A DNA stretch of 64,000 nt from Patescibacteria group bacterium (GTDB lineage Bacteria > Patescibacteriota > Patescibacteriia > UBA10025 > JAHIVO01). This document shows positions 9,978 to 18,253 of the stretch, piece after piece. Each line of letters opens with the position of its first letter. The stretch's first letter is position 1. The notes beneath the pieces were generated by a model. That model made no database searches, was not told where the DNA came from, and worked only from the letters and a program-made list of their open reading frames with translations. Position numbers and translations under genes: made by a program. The stretch is from NCBI GenBank assembly GCA_041649335.1, contig JBAZNF010000001.1, forward strand, positions 21,285 through 85,284, read 5' to 3'.

Positions 9978-10745
9978 ATGTCAGATATGAAGAATTTTGA
10001 CGAAAAGCCGCAGGCAGTCATTTTTAAGACTCCACCTCGCATGGCTTTCATTACCGGCATTTTAGCCGGGGTTACGCTCACGTCATTGGTGGCATTTGTC
10101 ATGACGTATTCATTGTTACGGACAAAGATCGACGATAGTAACAGCAATACCAACCAGGCCGCTGCAGCCCAGGCGAACTCCAATTCAGCCGCTGTCGCAG
10201 ATACCAATACGGCCCCAACTGTCGCAGATATCACCATAAAACCGACTGATTATGTCCGGGGTGATACCAATGCGCCGGTAACGCTGGTGGAATATTCGGA
10301 TTTTGAATGTCCGTATTGTGAGTCGTTGGCCACGACGCTGGATCAGGTCATGACTGATTATCAGGGGAAGGTAAAATTGGTATACCGGTATTTTCCCTTG
10401 ACCAGCATTCATCCCAATGCCCAAAAATCGGCTGAGGCGGCTGAATGCGCAGGGGCGCAAGGCAAGTTTTGGGAAATGCATGACAAGTTGTTTGAGAACC
10501 AGAGCGCGTTGGCGGTGACTGACTTGAAGCAATATGCTAAGGATTTAGGATTGAACACCACGACATTCAACAATTGTTTGGATAACGGCACGGCTACGGC
10601 CCGCGTGAACAGCGACGAGCAGGAGGGGATCAATTATGGCGTACAGGGGACGCCTGCAACGTTCATCAACGGCACGCTGGTCTCCGGGGCTTTGCCATAT
10701 TCCAGCTTTAAATCAGCCATAGACGCTGCATTGGCTAATACCTAA
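9978..10745 (+). CDS. Membrane-anchored DsbA-family oxidoreductase (second copy)
   Basis: TM helix, Asn/Ala-rich linker, EYSDFECPYC and GVQGTPATFING. Confidence 0.9.
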   Translation: MSDMKNFDEKPQAVIFKTPPRMAFITGILAGVTLTSLVAFVMTYSLLRTKIDDSNSNTNQAAAAQANSNSAAVADTNTAPTVADITIKPTDYVRGDTNAPVTLVEYSDFECPYCESLATTLDQVMTDYQGKVKLVYRYFPLTSIHPNAQKSAEAAECAGAQGKFWEMHDKLFENQSALAVTDLKQYAKDLGLNTTTFNNCLDNGTATARVNSDEQEGINYGVQGTPATFINGTLVSGALPYSSFKSAIDAALANT

Positions 10746-10770
10746 GGATACATAACAATAGCTTGAGGCA

Positions 10771-11559
10771 ATGTTTTTACATACATTCCACCCACAAGCT
10801 ATTGCACTGACAATCGGAGAAGTCTCTGTTCACTGGTACGGCATCAGTATCGCTACAGCCGTTGCCATTGGCCTGATCACTACACTATACACATTCACGA
10901 AGAAGCAGGTTGATACGACCCATGTCTACAACCTGTTTTTTCTTATTTTATTTTTTGGGTTGTTTGGCGGCCGGATTGGCCATGTTATCGGCGAGTGGTC
11001 GTACTATCATGACCACACTGCCGAATTGGCGAGTATTTGGCATGGCGGGCTGGCTATCCACGGAGTATTGGCCGGCGCATTAGTGGCCGTGTGGATATAC
11101 GCTCGGGTGAAGCGCCTGTCCTTCTGGTTGCTGACTGACCTGATGGTGGTGGCCCTGCCCGTGATGCAGGCTGTCGGCCGGTGGGGGAATTATTTCAATC
11201 AGGAGCTCTACGGCCGGCCGACATCAAGCGGATGGGGCATCCCGATTGATCCGGCATTCCGTGAACCGGGGTATGAGTCGTATGCATTTTTTCACCCGTT
11301 GTTTTTATATGAGTCCGGGCTGATGCTGATGGTATTCGGGCTGATGGCCTGGCTTTTTTTTAAAGCAAAAATACGTCCAGGGGCACTGACCGCCATTTAT
11401 TTTGTTCTTTTTTCAATTGTGCGGTTTATGTTGGACTATATCCGTCTGCACAAGCCGATGCTCGGTGTTCTCAGCGAAACGCAATGGTTGAGCCTAGTCA
11501 TTTTTTTCTTGGCCGTTTTTGGCCTCTGGCGACTCTATCGCCAGCCCACGACGGCATAA
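10771..11559 (+). CDS. lgt: Prolipoprotein diacylglyceryl transferase
   Basis: HWYG, GGLAIHG, GRWGNYFNQELYG and HPLFLYE. Confidence 0.93.
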   Translation: MFLHTFHPQAIALTIGEVSVHWYGISIATAVAIGLITTLYTFTKKQVDTTHVYNLFFLILFFGLFGGRIGHVIGEWSYYHDHTAELASIWHGGLAIHGVLAGALVAVWIYARVKRLSFWLLTDLMVVALPVMQAVGRWGNYFNQELYGRPTSSGWGIPIDPAFREPGYESYAFFHPLFLYESGLMLMVFGLMAWLFFKAKIRPGALTAIYFVLFSIVRFMLDYIRLHKPMLGVLSETQWLSLVIFFLAVFGLWRLYRQPTTA

Positions 11560-12038
11560 AGCAAACCGAAAAAAATTATAATCTGGACGGCAATCCCTAG
11601 CCAGATGCTTTTACAATGGCGGTCAATCAGGTTGTGGATATACCTATGAAAGTCATTGACATGTTTAAGGACAGTAAAAATTCCTATTCGTCCCGTCTCT
11701 GGTTGGGGGCGTCTGGAAATGAAAAAACCGATAAACAGGAGCAGGTCAGGCAGGACACTGGCCATCAGTACCGGCAGCAGCGTTGTAATTTTTGGCAGGA
11801 CGCCGGTTTGCCAGAGGATGGCCAATAGAATCAATGTGCCAAACAAGTCCGCGCCCACGACATAAGCCATGCGCCGGTTACCGGGGCCCCGTGCCATCCA
11901 TGGGCCCAGGTGTTTGTCGCCGTGAGGGATCAAATCAAGAAAATAATGCGATAATAGTGCGAGGCCGATAGCCGGCCACATGCTTGGCATGCGCTGGCAG
12001 ATGGCGATGCCGGCTAAAACATGGGTGGTCGCAAACAT
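11535..12038 (-). CDS. Membrane protein, putative metal-dependent hydrolase-like
   Basis: TH, SHYFLDLIPH, LPD and FH motifs within hydrophobic helices. Confidence 0.6.
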   Translation of the reverse strand: MFATTHVLAGIAICQRMPSMWPAIGLALLSHYFLDLIPHGDKHLGPWMARGPGNRRMAYVVGADLFGTLILLAILWQTGVLPKITTLLPVLMASVLPDLLLFIGFFISRRPQPETGRIGIFTVLKHVNDFHRYIHNLIDRHCKSIWLGIAVQIIIFFGLLYAVVGWR

Positions 12039-12056
12039 ATTTATTACATTGGGGAA

Positions 12057-12947
12057 TTATGCGCTGACGATGGCCAATAGTACAACCGCTATTAGGGAGA
12101 TGGCAATGCCATAATATTGATGGCGGTCCAGTTTTTCCCGATTCAGCATGACACCCAGCAGCGCTGCCAGAGCGATGTAGCATTCAGTTATCGCTATGGT
12201 GATTGAAATGGGGATTTTGGTTACCGCGTAGGCGTATGCTACCCATGCGGCGTTGTCGAAAATTCCCTGAAAAATGACGGGCGGCCAATGTTCACGGGTG
12301 AGGCTGAAAGTTGATTTCAATTGGCCGCGATATGCAATCCAGATGAAACAGAGGGTGGTCAGGATTATGTCCACGCCCCAGATGGCCAGCAGCGGATCGG
12401 TGCGCCGGCTCAATACACCGGTTAATACATTGGTAAATGCGGCAGCGACTGTTCCGATGATGGCAATAATCACGCCCTGCTCGAGGAACGTGCGGTGGCG
12501 AAATATGTTCCACCAGTGTTGAGGATCCCGTCGTAATACCGTCACCAGCAAGCCGATAAAAACGAGGATGATCAGCCAGAGCTGCATAGAAGTGACGGTT
12601 TCTCCGATGATAATCAGGCCGATGATGATGGTCAGTGGCAATTCAAAGCTCGCGACCGGTTCAATGACCGACAGTTTGCCGCGGCGGAACGCCTCCAACA
12701 ACAGGATGGAATAGGTGGCAGCGATGAATACGGTCCAGGCCAGAAGTGGCAGGATATGTGTTGTTTTGGCGAGTTCGGGGATGCGGTGCCACACTAACGG
12801 CAGTAAGCCGACAGATCCGATGAGACTGATATAGAACAAAGTCGGTATCGCCCCGATGATCCGGGTGGATTTTTGGATGATATAGTCACCGAATCCCCAG
12901 GCGAGGAGGGCGACAAGCGCAGCCAATAAGCCTTCTGTTTGGTGCAT
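12057..12947 (-). CDS. DMT/EamA family transporter
   Basis: About 10 TM helices in two repeats; AWGFGD, GKLSVIEP and E(K/T)(L/V) repeat ends. Confidence 0.85.
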   Translation of the reverse strand: MHQTEGLLAALVALLAWGFGDYIIQKSTRIIGAIPTLFYISLIGSVGLLPLVWHRIPELAKTTHILPLLAWTVFIAATYSILLLEAFRRGKLSVIEPVASFELPLTIIIGLIIIGETVTSMQLWLIILVFIGLLVTVLRRDPQHWWNIFRHRTFLEQGVIIAIIGTVAAAFTNVLTGVLSRRTDPLLAIWGVDIILTTLCFIWIAYRGQLKSTFSLTREHWPPVIFQGIFDNAAWVAYAYAVTKIPISITIAITECYIALAALLGVMLNREKLDRHQYYGIAISLIAVVLLAIVSA

Positions 12948-13083
12948 AGAAATTTTTCATTATTACCATTAAGTATAGCATGGGTTGATTATGAACCAGA
13001 ATGACTGCCCTGCGGCCTTGCGTTTTTCCGGGTATTACCCTATACTGCCAAAGAACCCTTACAAGGGTTTTTCTATACCTCAT

Positions 13084-13158
13084 CGCCGGGTAGAGCAGTG
13101 GCAGCTCGCGGGGCTCATAATCCCGAGGTCGGGGGATCGAATCCCCCCCCGGCAACCA
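13084..13158 (+). tRNA. tRNA-fMet (CAT), initiator
   Basis: Cloverleaf with C1:A72 mismatch, CAT anticodon and encoded CCA. Confidence 0.9.
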
Positions 13159-13199
13159 ATAAACAATTCTAAATTATAAAGCCAGTCCACCTGACTTAG

Positions 13200-13276
13200 G
13201 CCAGGGTAGCTCAGTTGGTTAGAGCGTGGGACTCATAAGCCCAAGGTCGTGGGTTCAACTCCCACCCCTGGTACCA
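13200..13276 (+). tRNA. tRNA with CAT anticodon (Ile2 or elongator Met)
   Basis: GCCAGGG/CCCTGGT acceptor stem, Ile-like D arm TAGCTCAGTTGGTTAGAGC, CTCATAA loop, GTTCAA T-loop and CCA. Confidence 0.88.
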
Positions 13277-13296
13277 GGTAATATGACCTGTGATCC

Positions 13297-13333
13297 AAAA
13301 AATACTCCTTAACGATGTTAAAGGGTATTTTTT
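13297..13333. terminator. Bidirectional terminator between convergent tRNAs
   Basis: AAAAAATACTCCTTAAC-gat-GTTAAAGGGTATTTTTT. Confidence 0.65.
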
Positions 13334-13428
13334 GGTAATGCCTTATCTTTTTGTTTGGATTATTTTTTATCGTTATATGTTGGGTTTCAAGGCAATTAAT
13401 GACAACAAAGCCAGGCCGGCATCTGTTA

Positions 13429-13512
13429 TGCCGGGAGGGAGGGTCGAACTCCCATGACCTTGCGGTCGCAGGATTTTGAGTCCTGTGCGTCTGCCAATTC
13501 CGCCATCCCGGC
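13429..13512 (-). tRNA. tRNA-Leu (CAA)
   Basis: Reverse complement GCCGGGATGGCGGAATTGGCAGACGC...CAGGA-CTCAAAA-TCCTG, long variable arm, GTTCGA; CCA not encoded. Confidence 0.92.
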
Positions 13513-13575
13513 ATATATGAGATTCTATTAGAAATAACTGTCTATGTCAACGGTTTTTTGCTATAATTACCCAAT

Positions 13576-14343
13576 ATGCCACGAGTCATTGCCATCGTCA
13601 ACCAGAAGGGCGGTGTGGGAAAAACCACAACTGCCGTTAATGTCGCTGCGTACTTGGCTCACCTTGGCAAATTTGTCCTGCTCGTCGATATGGACCCCCA
13701 AGGCAACGCTTCATCCGGCATTGGCATTGATTACCGTACAATCGACCGGGGCGTATACCATCCGTTAGTCAGCGATATGTCTTTTAATGATGTAGTTCAG
13801 CCCACCACCGTCGATGGGTTACGGGTGGCGCCGTCAACATCCGATTTGGCCGGTGCCCGCGTGGAACTCGTGGAGCTGGAAACGCGTGAGTTTCGGCTGC
13901 ATAACGCGATTTTGGAGATACGCCATGATTATGACTATATTATCATCGATTGTCCGCCCAGCCTGTGCCTCCTGACGGTAAATGGTTTAGTGGCGGCCGA
14001 TGAGGCGCTCATACCCGTACAGACAGAGTATTACGCTCTTGAGGGGCTGAGCCAGCTCTTGGAGACAATTGACCTGGTGCAAAAAAATCTGAAACCTGAC
14101 CTTAAAATTTTAGGGGCGGTCATGACCATGTATGACGAACGCAGCCGGCTTTCCAAAGAAGTGTTTAATCAGCTGTACCAGTTTTTCCCCAATAAAATAT
14201 TCCGGACCGTCATTCCGCGCAACGTACAGTTGGCGGAAGCGCCAAGTTACGGGCAAAGTATCCTGCATTATGACCGCCGGTCATCAGGCGGCCGGGCGTA
14301 CGAACGCCTTGCCCGTGAAATTATAGAACAGGAAATTAACTAA
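13576..14343 (+). CDS. parA: ParA/Soj partitioning ATPase
   Basis: NQKGGVGKTTT, DMDPQGNA, IDCPPSL and LAEAPSYG. Confidence 0.95.
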   Translation: MPRVIAIVNQKGGVGKTTTAVNVAAYLAHLGKFVLLVDMDPQGNASSGIGIDYRTIDRGVYHPLVSDMSFNDVVQPTTVDGLRVAPSTSDLAGARVELVELETREFRLHNAILEIRHDYDYIIIDCPPSLCLLTVNGLVAADEALIPVQTEYYALEGLSQLLETIDLVQKNLKPDLKILGAVMTMYDERSRLSKEVFNQLYQFFPNKIFRTVIPRNVQLAEAPSYGQSILHYDRRSSGGRAYERLAREIIEQEIN

Positions 14344-14354
14344 CTGCATATTCT

Positions 14355-15209
14355 ATGAATACATCCAGTCTGGGTCGAGGTTTGGGCTCGCTGATCCCTC
14401 CCCGAAACAGGAATACCAATGAGTCGGATACGCGGCCAATCCATCAGGGAGTCAATGAGATAGACATCAGTGATATTCAGCCGAATCCCCACCAGCCGCG
14501 CCAGAGTTTTGACCGGGCAGCGCTGGATGATCTCATGGGGTCGATAAAAATCCACGGAATTATCCAGCCGTTAGTGGTCATCCAGGCCCGCGGAGGGTAC
14601 CAGCTCATTGCTGGCGAACGACGGCTGCGGGCGGCAAAACTGCTCGGGCTGAAAAAAGTGCCGGTAGTCATGCGGACAGCAACGGAACAGCAAAAACTGG
14701 AAATTGCGATTGTAGAAAATGTCCAACGGCAGAGCCTGAATCCGGTTGAACGGGCTAAAAGCTATCAGCGGCTGATTGACGAATTCAATCTGACTCAGGA
14801 AGAGGTCAGCAAGAAAGTCGGGCAAAGCCGGGTCGCCGTAACCAATGCGCTGAGGCTGCTCACCTTGCCACGAGAAATCCAGCAGGCGCTGGCAGACGGC
14901 AAGCTGACGGAAGGGCACGCCAAAGCGCTATTGTCCGTTGATTCCCCGGCTGAGCGGGAAAAATTATTTAGGGAAATATTGAAAGGTGGGATGTCCGTGC
15001 GCGTCACGGAATCCCAAGCGCGCAAGGTGACGTTCCGGCAGCACGCCCGTCGCAGTAAAGATCCGAATATTCAGGAAAAGGAAGATGCGCTCCAGGCGTC
15101 ATTAGGCACAAAAGTGGACATCAAACGGCGCGGCAAACAGGGGACTATTGTCCTGCATTTTTATTCAAATGAGGAGCTACAGTCAATTATCAGGAAAATT
15201 ACCGATTAA
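14355..15209 (+). CDS. parB: ParB/Spo0J partition protein
   Basis: LGRGLGSLI, QPRQSF, IAGERRLRA, ENVQRQSLNPVE and HTH. Confidence 0.95.
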   Translation: MNTSSLGRGLGSLIPPRNRNTNESDTRPIHQGVNEIDISDIQPNPHQPRQSFDRAALDDLMGSIKIHGIIQPLVVIQARGGYQLIAGERRLRAAKLLGLKKVPVVMRTATEQQKLEIAIVENVQRQSLNPVERAKSYQRLIDEFNLTQEEVSKKVGQSRVAVTNALRLLTLPREIQQALADGKLTEGHAKALLSVDSPAEREKLFREILKGGMSVRVTESQARKVTFRQHARRSKDPNIQEKEDALQASLGTKVDIKRRGKQGTIVLHFYSNEELQSIIRKITD

Positions 15210-15210
15210 C

Positions 15211-17316
15211 ATGGGTATTTTGGGGCATATACAACGATGGGTCGGCCTGGACCACGAGAGTGCGTATGTACGCCAGGTACGCTGGATTATCCGGGTCGTG
15301 GTCATATTAATACCGGTTTTTTTCCTGCCCGTTGGAAATTTTCCTCAGGAATTAAATAAAACGCTGATTTTTAACTTGCTCATTTGGCTGGCGGCTGGGA
15401 TTTTTTTATTCGGCTTGCTGGTAAAAAAATCCGGACGTTTGTATGTCCACCCCATCGGCTGGTTGCTTGTTTTGCTGGGGGTATGTATCCTGGTCAGCGG
15501 CTTATTGTCGTTAAATCTTTATGCCAGTTTTATCGGTTCGGGCGGGGTGTACAGCACGAATGTGGTAACCTGGTTATCCTATCTGTTTTTTGTTGTCCTT
15601 CTGAGCGTCAGCGTACGCTCCCATGATGAACGGGTGTGGCTTGTCAGCGGCCTGGTTCTGAGCGGGTCGCTGGCCGTAGCGTTCGGAGTCTTTCAGGGGT
15701 ATGGCCTGCATCTCTTGCCCTGGAGCGTGACTCAGGATCTCCGGTTCAATATGATTGCGGCCTCATCCCTGACTTCAGCGGTCGTCGCTGCCTTGTTTAG
15801 CGTTTTAGCCTTAATGTTGTTTTGGCAGTACCGGCAGAGAGTATGGAAAGTCGTTTGGGCATGTTTAGTAGGGCTGAATGTCCTGGCCGTCATGATGTCC
15901 GAGAAATCATTGGCAGTTATTATTCTGCTTTTCATGCTGTTCATTTTTTCGGTAACCGTGGCTTGGCAGGCAAAGAAATTCGCATCATGGGAAATATTGG
16001 TGCCGCTGGCTGCCCTAGTCGTGTTAGCTGTGGGCCTGCTTATTCGATTCCCTCAATTGACGCACGTACAGAACAGCACCAGTTTATTGCTGGACCAGCG
16101 TTCATCTATGAGTATTGCTTGGCGGAGCGTAAGTCGTTCTCCGGCCTGGGGTTCCGGTCCCCAGACTTTTGCCGAAGATTTCCAGAGTTATCGCCCGGCT
16201 AGTTTCAATGATACGCAAATTGCGGGCGTTCGGTTTAATAAATCAGGCAGCGAATGGTGGGGACAGTTGGCTACGTTAGGGACGGTGGTCGTACTGGTGC
16301 AATTGGTAATTGGCGCGTGGTTTTTACTGCTGGCCGGCAAACGGTTGTATGCTGACTGGCGCGTCAAGGACCGCCAGTGGGCATGGTCGCTGGGTATGGT
16401 TGCCGTATCTTTGGGTTTATGGGTGTTGTTTTTTTCCATGCCATTCAATGCCTGCCTGTATGTGATCTGGTGGTTTTGGTGGGGGGTCAATATTCGGCTG
16501 CTTCAGTCTCGGTCCGGCCGTGAAAAGGAGGTCGTATTCAGTCAATTTCGGTTCAAATGGTTTTTACTCGGTGGGGGGCTGGTGGTAGTTTTTATTGTTA
16601 TCATTTTCATCGGGTACGCTGGCATAAAAGTTTGGTTGGCTGATTATTATTTTTTCCAGGCGAACCAGCGTATCCAGCAGCAAGCCAGCATCGAAGACGT
16701 GCAGCTCTTGTTGCGCGGAGCGATTGCACAAAATCCGAACGAACCGGCATATTTCATTACTTTGGCGCAGGGATATGCCACTGCAGCCCAGCTGGAAGCT
16801 GGCAAAACTGACCAAGATAAGACCGTGATACAGCAGGCTGTCCAGGGTGTCGTTGATGCCCTCAAACAGGCACGTGATGCAGCCCCGCATAATGCCATCG
16901 TCTATGAGCAAACCGCCGGTTTGTATGACGGGCTCCGCAATATCATCGGAAACGCGAACGATCTGGCCATCACCGCATATTCGGAGCTGACGGAATTGGA
17001 GCCGACAAATCCCATGGCGTTCCTCAATCTCGGGCGAGCGCAATTGCTCCAGTCGCAGCAACTGGCGCCATCAGACACTGAAGGTGATACGGTCAGGTCG
17101 TCGGCGCTGGTTGCCACTGCGCTGGACAATTTCAGGACCGCCAAATCACTTCAAACTGATTATTATTTAGCGGACGTGAATATCGCCTTTGCACTAGAGG
17201 CGCAAGGGGATCTGGTTGGCGCGAAATCGGCACTGGAGGAGGCTCAGCGCATCAAGCCGGATGACGCCTCGATCTCGGACGCATTAAGCCAAAAAATAAA
17301 CACCCCACAGGAATAG
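15211..17316 (+). CDS. Polytopic membrane protein, O-antigen ligase-like with C-terminal TPR repeats
   Basis: About 13 TM helices, WGSGPQTF loop and C-terminal helical TPR-like repeats (EPTNP, KPDD). Confidence 0.7.
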   Translation: MGILGHIQRWVGLDHESAYVRQVRWIIRVVVILIPVFFLPVGNFPQELNKTLIFNLLIWLAAGIFLFGLLVKKSGRLYVHPIGWLLVLLGVCILVSGLLSLNLYASFIGSGGVYSTNVVTWLSYLFFVVLLSVSVRSHDERVWLVSGLVLSGSLAVAFGVFQGYGLHLLPWSVTQDLRFNMIAASSLTSAVVAALFSVLALMLFWQYRQRVWKVVWACLVGLNVLAVMMSEKSLAVIILLFMLFIFSVTVAWQAKKFASWEILVPLAALVVLAVGLLIRFPQLTHVQNSTSLLLDQRSSMSIAWRSVSRSPAWGSGPQTFAEDFQSYRPASFNDTQIAGVRFNKSGSEWWGQLATLGTVVVLVQLVIGAWFLLLAGKRLYADWRVKDRQWAWSLGMVAVSLGLWVLFFSMPFNACLYVIWWFWWGVNIRLLQSRSGREKEVVFSQFRFKWFLLGGGLVVVFIVIIFIGYAGIKVWLADYYFFQANQRIQQQASIEDVQLLLRGAIAQNPNEPAYFITLAQGYATAAQLEAGKTDQDKTVIQQAVQGVVDALKQARDAAPHNAIVYEQTAGLYDGLRNIIGNANDLAITAYSELTELEPTNPMAFLNLGRAQLLQSQQLAPSDTEGDTVRSSALVATALDNFRTAKSLQTDYYLADVNIAFALEAQGDLVGAKSALEEAQRIKPDDASISDALSQKINTPQE

Positions 17317-17329
17317 GCCGGTCAGTGTA

Positions 17330-17358
17330 TTGACAAGCAATTACGACTTTGCTAACCT
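17330..17358 (+). promoter_or_regulatory. Sigma70-type promoter with a long structured leader
   Basis: TTGACA-17 bp-TAACCT. Confidence 0.55.
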
Positions 17359-17552
17359 TACCCTAAATCAACAGTTTTTGCGTACCTTGAAAGATTAAGA
17401 AACCGTTTTTTCCGTTGGCAGGAAGCCAATGGACAGGTTCAATAAACCCTTCATGTCACGTCCGCGAGGAGGAAGACGTGCCTCACCATGGGGAACTTGG
17501 TTAGGTTAAACGGTAGTTGACCGTAATTCGCAACCATCAATAAGGAGTACTC

Positions 17553-18077
17553 ATGTCCAAAAAACTGAGCATCCTTCTGCTGGTGGCAGTGGTAGTCATG
17601 GCTCTGGTAAGCGTCGCGATTGCTTACCCGAACCCGTACAAGACGGCGCAAGATCAGGCGCCCGGGAACGCTATTTCCCTGATGAACGCTATATCGACCA
17701 CTGCCAACGACCAGTCGCCGCCGGCCATTACCGATACCGGCCCGACTATTTCGATGAATTCGAATCTGAAGAACGACCAGTCGCCGGCGTCCGATTCCAC
17801 GATCACCGGAACGAACGGCGCCGCGAAGAACGATGAAGAAACCACCCAGAAATCGATGATTACCACGACGGCTCTCGGAAACAGCCCGCCTGCTGACGAA
17901 ATCGGCCTGTTTTCGAGTTCGCATGCTACGATGAGCAGAGCGCCAGCCTACAGGGAAGTGGGGTTTGTCTACATTGGTGATCAAGGTCAGGCGGGCTCCG
18001 GCCTCAACGGGAGCATGTATACGGTAAATTCGAATCTGGTCCAGCAGGGCAACGCGGCGGCAGTGCGCACCGGTTAG
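17553..18077 (+). CDS. Secreted low-complexity hypothetical protein
   Basis: AAGGAG RBS, signal peptide, NDQSP repeated twice, own terminator. Confidence 0.7.
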   Translation: MSKKLSILLLVAVVVMALVSVAIAYPNPYKTAQDQAPGNAISLMNAISTTANDQSPPAITDTGPTISMNSNLKNDQSPASDSTITGTNGAAKNDEETTQKSMITTTALGNSPPADEIGLFSSSHATMSRAPAYREVGFVYIGDQGQAGSGLNGSMYTVNSNLVQQGNAAAVRTG

Positions 18078-18134
18078 TACGCCAGTTCGCCGACGGTTTC
18101 TGCAGCGCCATCAGGTGCTGTGCAGTATTCTACA

Positions 18135-18173
18135 ACTCCGGGCGGGTTCACTCCCTCCCGGAGTATTTTTTTT
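18135..18173 (+). terminator. Intrinsic terminator
   Basis: ACTCCGGG...CCCGGAGT stem followed by a long T-tract. Confidence 0.7.
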
Positions 18174-18253
18174 ATTTTTTTGAAGTATCCTAACGATGCG
18201 CACCCTGGAGAGGATGCGCTTGGAGGATTTGTTAATGCTAGGACGCGAAAAGA

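Noticed and set aside
13277-13428. Integrated element at the tRNA cluster
   Set aside because: No integrase gene or duplicated tRNA 3' end in the window
13233-13514. 93-aa ORF and other ORFs over 12886-13514
   Set aside because: They overlap tRNA genes
13513-15209. Replication origin or parS site near parAB
   Set aside because: I saw no parS palindrome or DnaA-box cluster by eye; only isolated boxes far away
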